This document shows, one piece after another, positions 50,851-59,234 of a DNA stretch of 64,000 nucleotides. The position numbers and the translations under genes are program-made. The stretch's first letter is position 1. The number at the start of each line of letters is the position of its first letter. Source of the DNA: Candidatus Latescibacterota bacterium (GTDB taxonomy: Bacteria > Latescibacterota > UBA2968 > UBA8231); the NCBI GenBank assembly GCA_965217585.1, contig OZ244561.1:7040001-7104000 (forward strand). The letters are read 5' to 3'. The notes beneath the pieces are model-generated. The model made no database searches and was not told where the DNA came from. It worked only from the letters and a program-made list of their open reading frames with translations.

Positions 50851-52608
50851 TTAATCCTGACTTTCTGTCCGCAGAATGCCCTCTTCTTCTGAGACGCTGA
50901 CCCACTGATTCACGCTGAGATCCCTGAATTCCTGCACCACCCCGCTGGGCCAGAGGATCTTCATCCGGTCCACCTTCTCTGCCTCACCGAGACCGAAGTG
51001 AACCCGCAGATCGCTCTGCGACAGGAAGCTGATGCCGCACATCACCTCCCGGATCTGGATGAGCGAGCCAGTGGTCACCTCAATCCGCGCACCAATGCCG
51101 TCCCGGTTGCTCTTGGTCCCGATGGTGGATATTTTCAGCCAGCGCTTCTGGTTGCCGCCGTCGTTGCGCAACAGCGTAGGAGTGTCGTCGACGTTCAGGA
51201 CCAGGATGTCCACGTCCCCATCGTCGTCGTAATCGCCAAGCGCTGCGCCCCGGCTCACCTTCTTCACGGCAAAGCCGCTGCCAGACAAGGCCGAAACTTC
51301 GGCGAACTTGCCGTTCCCCAGATTCTCAAAAAGAAGGTTGTACTGGGCGTAGGAAGTGCCCAGGTCGTAATTGTCAACGACGGGATAGACGTGGCCGTTG
51401 GCGACGAAGAGGTCGAGGTCGCCGTCGTTGTCAAAATCGAAAAAGCCGGTCCCCCACCCCACGAACGGCAGACTTTCCTCGCCCAGATCCGCGGCGTAAC
51501 TGACATCGAGAAAAAAGCGGCCGCCGTCGTTGCGGTAGAGCGTGTTGTAGTCTTCGGAGAAATGGGTCTCAAAGAGGTCGAGGTCGCCGTCGTTGTCAAA
51601 ATCGCCGACCGCCACCCCCATCCCGGCCTGCATCCCCCCGTCCGCACTGTGGCTGACCCCGCTCGACAGCGAAATGTCTTCGAAGGTCCCGTCGCCGCGG
51701 TTGCGGTAGAGCAGGTTCGGAGTGGTATCGTCCGCCACGTAGATGTCGGGGTGGCTGTCGTTGTCAAAATCGGCAAATACACACTGAAAACCGTTGTAAG
51801 CCGCCGCGCCCAAAGGTCCCACTTGTCGGGTGACTTCCCTGAAGCTTCCGTCTCCCTCGTTGTGGTAGAGCACATCCGTTTCTCCGTCAAACGTCTCCGG
51901 ACCGTAGAAGACTTCGACGTTTTTCCATAGGCAGTACTGCATGGAGTTGGGCCGATAGGCTGGATCGAACTGGACGAAATTGGCCACGTAGAGATCGAGG
52001 TGGCCATCCTGATCGTAGTCGCCGAACGCCGCACCCGTGCCCCAGCGCTCATCCCCCACGCCGGCCAGCGCGGTCACGTCCACAAAGGTCCCATCCCCTT
52101 GGTTGCGATACAACCGATTGGGCCCGTAGTTGGTGACATAAAGGTCTAGGTCCCCGTCGTTGTCGTAATCGGCCGCGGCGCAACCCATGCTCCAGGAGGT
52201 GTCCCCCACGCCGGCCAGCGCGGTCACGTCGGCAAAGGTGCCATCCCCTTGGTTGCGATACAACCGGTTCTTGGGAGCTTTCCCCGGGGGAAAGCTTTCG
52301 AAGGAAGAGCCATTTATCACATACGCGTCCAGATCGCCATCGGTGTCAAAGTCCAAAAAGCAGGCACCCCCGCCTTTAGCCTCTATAATGTAGGTTTTGT
52401 TCGGTTTACCAGACATATTGCGCACGGTGATCCCGGCCTGGGCGGCAACATCGGTGAATTCTACCCGCCCGGTGCCCTTCTCAAATGCCGTATCGTCGGA
52501 CACAGACTGCCCCGACCCATTGCAACCGGCTCCCAGCAGCAGCAACACCCCTGCCAAGAGCCATCTTTGCGCTACGGGCCACTGTGGACCGGTGTAGAGT
52601 GTTACCAT
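50851..52608 (-). CDS. CRTAC1-family lipoprotein (FG-GAP + ASPIC/UnbV)
   Basis: Lipobox GAGC; DYDNDGDLDLY repeats; SNRDGIGAR...HFGLG...WPSG. Confidence 0.93.
   Translation of the reverse strand: MVTLYTGPQWPVAQRWLLAGVLLLLGAGCNGSGQSVSDDTAFEKGTGRVEFTDVAAQAGITVRNMSGKPNKTYIIEAKGGGACFLDFDTDGDLDAYVINGSSFESFPPGKAPKNRLYRNQGDGTFADVTALAGVGDTSWSMGCAAADYDNDGDLDLYVTNYGPNRLYRNQGDGTFVDVTALAGVGDERWGTGAAFGDYDQDGHLDLYVANFVQFDPAYRPNSMQYCLWKNVEVFYGPETFDGETDVLYHNEGDGSFREVTRQVGPLGAAAYNGFQCVFADFDNDSHPDIYVADDTTPNLLYRNRGDGTFEDISLSSGVSHSADGGMQAGMGVAVGDFDNDGDLDLFETHFSEDYNTLYRNDGGRFFLDVSYAADLGEESLPFVGWGTGFFDFDNDGDLDLFVANGHVYPVVDNYDLGTSYAQYNLLFENLGNGKFAEVSALSGSGFAVKKVSRGAALGDYDDDGDVDILVLNVDDTPTLLRNDGGNQKRWLKISTIGTKSNRDGIGARIEVTTGSLIQIREVMCGISFLSQSDLRVHFGLGEAEKVDRMKILWPSGVVQEFRDLSVNQWVSVSEEEGILRTESQD
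52052..52266. repeat. 65-bp direct repeat, 150-bp period, inside the CRTAC1 gene
   Basis: 52052-52116 versus 52202-52266, 3 mismatches by eye. Confidence 0.85.
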
Positions 52609-52637
52609 CTAGCGATTCCCAAACTGGATCACGGAGC

Positions 52638-54206
52638 CTAGCGGGCGCGCAGAGTCGCGAGCATGGCGCGCGCCCGTGCGTGGTCCGGCCGCAGCTTCAG
52701 CACCTGCTGCAGCTCTTCAAGTGCCAGGTTGTAACGGCCCGTTTTCTGGTAGGCTACCGCCAGATTGTAGCGGGTCCGCGCGCGATCTGGCTCGAGGCGC
52801 AAAGCCTCCTCGAACGCCGCTATCGCTTTGCTGTACTGTCCATCCCGAGCATGGGCTAGGCCGAGCCCGTAGTGCACCTCCACCGACTCGGGGGCCAGCT
52901 CCCTAGCGCGCCCGAAAGATGTGGCCCCCAGCGCATACTTTCCCGCCTTGCCGTACGCACGCCCCAGCGACAGGTGGAAGCGCACGGAATCCGGGGCTAG
53001 GGCTACTGCCTGCGCGAACAGATCCACCGCCTTGCCCACCATGCCCCACTGCTCGTAGACCGTTCCCAGATCGTGGTAGGCGTGGACCATCTCAGGGGCC
53101 AGAGCCAGAGCCACCTGAAATTCTTCGACCGCTTCGGCGTACTGGGCTGCCTCGGCGTAGACCACGGCCAGCGCGCACCGCTTCACCGCATTTATAGGGT
53201 CTCGCTGTACAGCGAGGGCAGCCGTGCGGATGGCGTCTCCCTTGACTTTCCCCAACCCCTTGAAGGCGGCCATGGCCTGCTGTCCTTCTTCTGGACGTCC
53301 CATGCGGTAGTAGATTTTCCCCAGACTGTAGTACGCCTCGGCGTAGTCCGGCCTGAGCGCAGTGGCGCGCTCGTACAAAGAAAGGGCTTCGTCGAAGCGA
53401 GCCTGCTTGGTGCGTATCTGGCCCAGATAATAGTAACTGTCCGCATCGGTAGAGTCGCCCCGGACCGCTTCCTTATAAGCCATCTCTGCCCTAACCAGAT
53501 CGTCCTGCTGCAGGTAGATGGCTCCGAGATACCGGTGCACCAACGCCAGCGTCGGGTCCAGTTGTGCGGCCCGCCGATAGGCTTCCAGCGCCTCATCGAA
53601 GCGGTTGTGAAGTTGCAGGGCCCGTCCCAGATTGTAGTAATATCTCCCGTTCTCCGGTTCGAGGATCAGGGCCCTTTCAAAGCTGGCGATGGCCTCTTCC
53701 AGCGTTGGGTAGACCACGCCCACTGGACCCTCTGCCGTAGCAAAGGCTTCCCTACCGTAGATATCTCCTAAGTTGCTGTGGGCCTCGGCGAACTCCGGGA
53801 CTAGGTTGACGACCCGGTTGAAATACGCTCTGGCTTCCTCGTATTTGCCCATCCGGGAGTAGATCCGGCCCAGGTTGAACAGCGATCGCACATTATCTGG
53901 AGATTGCTCTAACCCGGCCCTGTAAGCGGCGAGCGCCTCGGCGTAGCGTCCCTTCTCCAGATAGGCTCCGGCTAGGTCGAGCCCAAGTTCGACTTGGCCG
54001 GGGGCCGTGTCCACAGCGGCCTCCAACTGCTCCAGGGTGCCAGGCGAACGCGGAGAACTGCCATAGCGCTGGCGCAGTTCGTCCTGGCTGACAGCAGGAA
54101 TCGGTGCCTGGCATCCCACCAAGAGAGCAATTCCCGCGGTGGCTATGAGGCTCCGACCCTTCGCGTTGCCGGAGCATTGTGCGGCAAGGTATTTGGGCGG
54201 GAACAT
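52638..54206 (-). CDS. TPR-repeat lipoprotein
   Basis: Lipobox LVGC; ~12 TPR units. Confidence 0.9.
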   Translation of the reverse strand: MFPPKYLAAQCSGNAKGRSLIATAGIALLVGCQAPIPAVSQDELRQRYGSSPRSPGTLEQLEAAVDTAPGQVELGLDLAGAYLEKGRYAEALAAYRAGLEQSPDNVRSLFNLGRIYSRMGKYEEARAYFNRVVNLVPEFAEAHSNLGDIYGREAFATAEGPVGVVYPTLEEAIASFERALILEPENGRYYYNLGRALQLHNRFDEALEAYRRAAQLDPTLALVHRYLGAIYLQQDDLVRAEMAYKEAVRGDSTDADSYYYLGQIRTKQARFDEALSLYERATALRPDYAEAYYSLGKIYYRMGRPEEGQQAMAAFKGLGKVKGDAIRTAALAVQRDPINAVKRCALAVVYAEAAQYAEAVEEFQVALALAPEMVHAYHDLGTVYEQWGMVGKAVDLFAQAVALAPDSVRFHLSLGRAYGKAGKYALGATSFGRARELAPESVEVHYGLGLAHARDGQYSKAIAAFEEALRLEPDRARTRYNLAVAYQKTGRYNLALEELQQVLKLRPDHARARAMLATLRAR

Positions 54207-54272
54207 GGTTTACACCCCAGCAAAGAAGGGGATCACTTGTCGTCTCTCCGCGGGATTCAGCTCTGCTCCTAA

Positions 54273-56480
54273 TTAGTAGACAATGGACACCGCGCCCACG
54301 CGTTCCACTTTCTGCTGATCTGTTTCAAGCGCAAGTCGGTACAGGTAGATGCCGGGTGAGAGGTGCTGGCCGGCCTCATCTCGGCCGTCCCAGGTTATGG
54401 TTGCCCGACCAGCAGACTGGTTTTGCCGTTGGAAATGCTTGACTCGCCAGCCAGCCAGGTCAAAAAAGTCCAGGGATATCACTCCTCTTTCATGCACGAA
54501 AAAAATATGGTAGGTCAGCGCTACTTTGTCATTGACCCCATCCCCATTCGGAGTGAAGATCCGGGGGGCGATCCTCAGGTCTCCCAGAATATCATCCCTC
54601 TCCGAGGCGGCGAATACCGCCGCCCTATCTGTATCGAACTCCGGGATCACATCCCCCTCCTCTATTTGCTGGCGCACTTCTCCCGGACGTTCGCTGTCCC
54701 CGATCCGGCCGGAAAACCGCGTGAAGAATTTGAACACCCGAGAGCGAAATACGGCCTCGACAAATTGTTCGCCGCGGCTGGTCTCGACCCTTGGGCTGAA
54801 CTTCAACATCAACACATGACGGCCCTCGCTCTCCCCCAGCACTTGCACAAAGGTGCCATCTCCTATTTCCAGTTCATTCATTTTGGCGGGGTCTCGGCCC
54901 AGGGATTCCACCGCTTCCTGGTCCAGGATTATCTCGTTTAGGGCAACATCCTCTATGCTGAGCACCTCGAGGTGGGCTTCGGTATCCGGGACCTCGATGT
55001 CGATCCGATCAAAACCTGTGGCACCGCTGCCAGTAAACCGGGATTTGACCGCGTAGCGAAACGCGGTTATTTCGCCCAGAGCCACCTCGCCCGGGAAGAT
55101 CTCCGCGATGATTTCGTCCGCGTACAGGGGAGACGAAAAATCAAATTCGAGGTGGTCGAACCTGACTGCGTCCAGCTGGGACGGCAGGAAATCTATCCTT
55201 ATCTGCAGATAGCGTCTCTGGGACGGCGAGGCAATGAGGGCCCCTCCCGACCCATCCTCCCCGCTCAGGCCCACAGCCAAATTAAAAGGGCTGGACCAGC
55301 CGCTCCAGTTCTCCACATCGCGAGGCAGATTCTGCGGCGCGACCCGCTCTGTGATCGACAACTTCTTGTAGCGGTCGCGGTCGAGGAACTCGCCCGCCTC
55401 GTTCCGAGCGCTCGTCCGGGTCTTTTGTGGATCTATGTAGCGCAGGTAGAGATGGGGGTCGTCGTCCCTTCCACTGCGGGTCCGAATCGCCACCTCTCCA
55501 GCTAGGCCCTCACCGATGCGTTCGGCTTTCCAGCGCAGCGCACCGAAGTTCACCGGCTGCCCCAGGTCAATGATCGGGGAGAGATAGAACGCGCCATCCG
55601 CGAAGCCGACGCCGTAGACCTCAAACTCGGCGATTTCAAAGGGTCTGTTGCTGGGGTCCAGATCCACCCTGTCCACCAAGAAAGGATCAAAGCGGAACTC
55701 GGCCACCCCGGGCGGTAGGGGCGGCCCTAAATGCTGGTAAGGTGCCAGGACGGCGTCGCCCGGCAGCGGCTCTCCGGTAGTCAGGTCAAAAGCTGGCCGC
55801 CCCTTCTCGTCGAGCTTGATCGAGCGCAGCGCTCGGCCGTCGCGATCGCGCTGGACAATGTGCGTGCCCACGTCGCCTACCTTGACCAAGGTGAGCTGCA
55901 GCGGCTCGGTAGAGGTCGCCAGGCGGCCCCGCTGGGTCCGCGTCTCGTCCGCCTCGTGCACCTTGATGGCGTACCCTTCCCTGAAAAAATTCTGCGGAAA
56001 GTCCGGCCGGGTAGAGACGCGGATGCGGTTGATCCAGAAACGGCCCCACAGATCGAATTTGAAGTCGAACCTGCCGGCAAAAATACCGCCGATGTAGGCG
56101 GTTTCAATATCGTCGTCCAGGATGTAACCCATGCCCTCGGGTAGGGGCTGGTCGGTAGCGCCGTGAACGTAGGGAAGCTTGTTGCCGCGCTCTCCAGCAG
56201 CTTTGTTCGTCGTCGGATCCACTCCGGCTCTATCGAACACTAGGTGGAGGATATTTCGGGTGGAATCGAGCTGGATGGGACGCAGCCAGGTCTTCCCGCC
56301 GGCACGGTCCACCTCCACCCCCTCTGTGGTGCCCAGAGAGAGAAGCAGGAGATCCTGCGCGCTGATCGACCAGGGTTTTCCCACCGCGCCCTCGTCCCCG
56401 AGCCGGTAGGTTTCCAGACCGAGCGCTGACGACACCCAGATCATCAGGGGCAGGACCAAGCTCCCCGCACCTTTGGCCAT
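54273..56480 (-). CDS. Secreted protein with discoidin-like domain and C-terminal TPNGDGVND/FlgD-Ig domain (paralog C)
   Basis: Signal peptide; FDL...F.IN, FEIAEFEVYG.G, SPSQRRYLQ, IFTPNGDGVND, WDGRD..G..LSPGIYLY, ends VSIVY. Confidence 0.85.
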   Translation of the reverse strand: MAKGAGSLVLPLMIWVSSALGLETYRLGDEGAVGKPWSISAQDLLLLSLGTTEGVEVDRAGGKTWLRPIQLDSTRNILHLVFDRAGVDPTTNKAAGERGNKLPYVHGATDQPLPEGMGYILDDDIETAYIGGIFAGRFDFKFDLWGRFWINRIRVSTRPDFPQNFFREGYAIKVHEADETRTQRGRLATSTEPLQLTLVKVGDVGTHIVQRDRDGRALRSIKLDEKGRPAFDLTTGEPLPGDAVLAPYQHLGPPLPPGVAEFRFDPFLVDRVDLDPSNRPFEIAEFEVYGVGFADGAFYLSPIIDLGQPVNFGALRWKAERIGEGLAGEVAIRTRSGRDDDPHLYLRYIDPQKTRTSARNEAGEFLDRDRYKKLSITERVAPQNLPRDVENWSGWSSPFNLAVGLSGEDGSGGALIASPSQRRYLQIRIDFLPSQLDAVRFDHLEFDFSSPLYADEIIAEIFPGEVALGEITAFRYAVKSRFTGSGATGFDRIDIEVPDTEAHLEVLSIEDVALNEIILDQEAVESLGRDPAKMNELEIGDGTFVQVLGESEGRHVLMLKFSPRVETSRGEQFVEAVFRSRVFKFFTRFSGRIGDSERPGEVRQQIEEGDVIPEFDTDRAAVFAASERDDILGDLRIAPRIFTPNGDGVNDKVALTYHIFFVHERGVISLDFFDLAGWRVKHFQRQNQSAGRATITWDGRDEAGQHLSPGIYLYRLALETDQQKVERVGAVSIVY

Positions 56481-56495
56481 TGCTCCTCTCCCGTA

Positions 56496-59192
56496 TTAGT
56501 CCAGGCCAGCGTACATCGTGATGAAAATCACGCTCTCGCGCTCGCTCTCTTTATCTGAAGCCCGGTCCACCCAGGACAGTCTGATCCCTGCCTGCGTCGT
56601 GGTCGCGTACCCTAGATAAGCTGATGTATTCGATGTCTGCAGGGCCAGCACCACTTCTTCTCTGTCCGACAGGAATGGGTCTTCTTCTAACTTTTCTTGC
56701 AATTGTTCAAAGTGGAGCAGCTCCAGGCCAGCCTCGATGTCCGTTGCAGTCAGCATGGAGAATGTCAGCAGCAGCGAAGCAGACTCCGTGAGTTCTCTTC
56801 TGGTGTTGTCCGCCTTCAGAAACGGTCGCTGGGAGTAAAACTCGCTCTTCCAGCGGGGCACGAGGGTGAATTTTTCCATGCGGAAAAGGTAGTCAGCTTT
56901 GTTGATGAGCCCGAAAAAACCAGAGGTTCGACGCCCTGTTTGCGCGACGTCAGAGCCTTCCAGATAATCCCGCTGCCGGAAAATTTCGTATTTCAGCTTG
57001 TTGACTACATTCAGGTTGGGGATATCGCGGTAGTCCCACTGGGTGTAAAAGGTGTTTATCCAGGTGCCCCGCGCCGGCAGTGGATCGATGAACGGAACCA
57101 GTTGTCCACTCGAACCGGATGGCTGGGACCACTGGATCAGGTCGTCCGGGATATTGTCCTCTGCCCTGCGGATGTTGTGGTAGAGCAGCAATTTTCCCCA
57201 GCGCGCGTGATCCCGGTCGAGAACCGCCATGGCGTAGTAGGTGTGGTTCTGGCGGTCGTCCGAAATCAGCTCTTCGCGCATGTGCCCGACCGAGAGTCGC
57301 AGACTGGGTGCTAGGTGGACTCCAGTGTAGAAATTGAATCCACGCCGGCCGCGCTTGTAAGGGAAGTCCGCTTCATCGTCGTTTTCGAAACGGTCGACCG
57401 TGCCGTTGTTGTTCATGTCCACACCGAACAGGAATTCTGGACGATCCGAGCTAAAGCGCAGGAAAGGTTCCTCGTAGTCGGGGAACAGGTTCGGCCGGTT
57501 CTCACTGTCGTTCTGGTTGAAATCCGGGACAAAATCGTTGTTCTCGTCAAACCCGGGGAAAACCGCGATATCGACAGGCTGGTTGGCGCGCTCCCAGTCG
57601 GGGTTGCGGTCCTGATCATCGTTGTCGTCGACGAAATCATAGCGGTTCAAGTTGGCCCTGGAGTAGTCTATGATTCCTCCCCGTGGCAGGTAAATGCTGG
57701 TTGCATAGGAGGGCTCCATGCTGTAGGCCTCTCCGAGGAAGAACCAGGGATACCCCTTTTTCCACACGTTCATCATCCAGACATCGGCGGATTCCACAAT
57801 CCGGTGGTGCTGGCTCGGCTTCAGGGTGCTGCGATTGGGATAGCGGCTGTGGCGGCGGTTGCGATCGAATTCGGCATACAGGTAGATCCCCCCCACATCG
57901 GCGGCCTCGACGGTGAAGCCGAAAATTTCATTGGCTGTGGGCAACCCGTAATCCAGCACGACGAACCGCTGATTTGAGCTGTCCTTAACATTTCCATCGG
58001 CGTGGACCGTCCACTGTGGAATGCCATCACTCAGCAGCACGGGCTTGCGCTGCAGATCGGTCTGCACATTGGAGGTCATGTCGATTCGGTAGTCGTTGGC
58101 CAGGAGGAGCCTGAACTTCACTGATTTGATTTGTGAAGGATCCGGGCCGCCGGTCTGCCGGTAGGCACTGCTCTCCAGGTCGTACTCCAGAACGATCTGT
58201 TCGTTGCCGTCGGCTGCGAGGAAGCCCTCCCGCTGAATGCCGCCCCGCACGAGCGGCTCGAACCCCAGGTCTCTTCCCCTGAACACATTCCCCTCTTTGT
58301 CCTCGATGATAATCTCCTCGGCAAAAAATGCCGTGCCGGCCTCGCCGTCTCCTGGCGAGTCATCGCTGAGGCGGATCTCTATGCGAGAGGGGCTCTTGTT
58401 CTGTTCGGTGGTGAGCGATCCGTGAAAGGGGGCGTCTTTGAAGGTCTGGCCCAGGGTCTGGGTGTTGAAACCGCTGACATAGGTCGTTCCCACAGTCACA
58501 AAATCTCCCACCTGCATAGTACCCCGCATGCCCATCAGGTTGACCACATCCGTCAGCAGGGTGGGGGTTGGGCGGTTCGCGTTCAGCACATCCCCGGTCT
58601 GACTGGGGCGCGAAGCCAGAAGGGTAAACGCGTACTTGTCGGAGAGGAAGTCCCACTGAATTCCGTCAAAGGAGGGTTTGGAGAATGTCAGCGGCGTCAA
58701 TGTAGTGCGGATGCGTTCTCCGATTGTTGCCGCGTAGTGGTACTGTCCCTTTTGGTCAGAGGAAATCACGACCTTATTGAACCAGGAGCTGAATCTCGCG
58801 GCCTTGGCGACCGCGCTGCCCTGGAGCTGGGGCTGCGATTGGGACCAGTCGTAGATCAGCCAACCATGGGTCACGAAACGCCCGTAGAGATCGTAGAAAT
58901 AGTCCCCCTCCAAGCCAGTATTTACATAGGTCTTGTAGTGATCTCTGGCATAGTTTGTGTAGGCCGACTGCTTCCAGCCGTATTCCAGGTAGAGCTCCTG
59001 GGGCACGTACCACTTTTTGACCGCTGGGTCTAGGGCACCGAAAAGCACTCCGGGGCCCTGCGGCACATAGCTCAGCTCCCCGCCGCGCTGCATCCCCAGA
59101 CGGGTGCCGTAGTCTTGGGCCCAGAGGAGAGAGGGTGCCTGCAACCATGTCCACGCAAAGAAAGAGAAAAGTAAAATTCTGTGGGCACTCAC
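56496..59192 (-). CDS. 898-aa uncharacterised secreted, predicted outer-membrane protein with acidic Ca-binding-like core
   Basis: GTG start after GAGGAGG; signal peptide (..LWA-QDY); SDDSPGDG, FVDDNDDQD, AVFPGFDENNDFVPDFNQN, PDYEEPFL, GVDMNNNGTVDRFEND; beta-strand-rich C-terminus. Confidence 0.85.
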   Translation of the reverse strand: MSAHRILLFSFFAWTWLQAPSLLWAQDYGTRLGMQRGGELSYVPQGPGVLFGALDPAVKKWYVPQELYLEYGWKQSAYTNYARDHYKTYVNTGLEGDYFYDLYGRFVTHGWLIYDWSQSQPQLQGSAVAKAARFSSWFNKVVISSDQKGQYHYAATIGERIRTTLTPLTFSKPSFDGIQWDFLSDKYAFTLLASRPSQTGDVLNANRPTPTLLTDVVNLMGMRGTMQVGDFVTVGTTYVSGFNTQTLGQTFKDAPFHGSLTTEQNKSPSRIEIRLSDDSPGDGEAGTAFFAEEIIIEDKEGNVFRGRDLGFEPLVRGGIQREGFLAADGNEQIVLEYDLESSAYRQTGGPDPSQIKSVKFRLLLANDYRIDMTSNVQTDLQRKPVLLSDGIPQWTVHADGNVKDSSNQRFVVLDYGLPTANEIFGFTVEAADVGGIYLYAEFDRNRRHSRYPNRSTLKPSQHHRIVESADVWMMNVWKKGYPWFFLGEAYSMEPSYATSIYLPRGGIIDYSRANLNRYDFVDDNDDQDRNPDWERANQPVDIAVFPGFDENNDFVPDFNQNDSENRPNLFPDYEEPFLRFSSDRPEFLFGVDMNNNGTVDRFENDDEADFPYKRGRRGFNFYTGVHLAPSLRLSVGHMREELISDDRQNHTYYAMAVLDRDHARWGKLLLYHNIRRAEDNIPDDLIQWSQPSGSSGQLVPFIDPLPARGTWINTFYTQWDYRDIPNLNVVNKLKYEIFRQRDYLEGSDVAQTGRRTSGFFGLINKADYLFRMEKFTLVPRWKSEFYSQRPFLKADNTRRELTESASLLLTFSMLTATDIEAGLELLHFEQLQEKLEEDPFLSDREEVVLALQTSNTSAYLGYATTTQAGIRLSWVDRASDKESERESVIFITMYAGLD

Positions 59193-59234
59193 AGGGTTCC
59201 TCCTCGGTTGAAAAAGAGTGCTGCGACTTATGAT

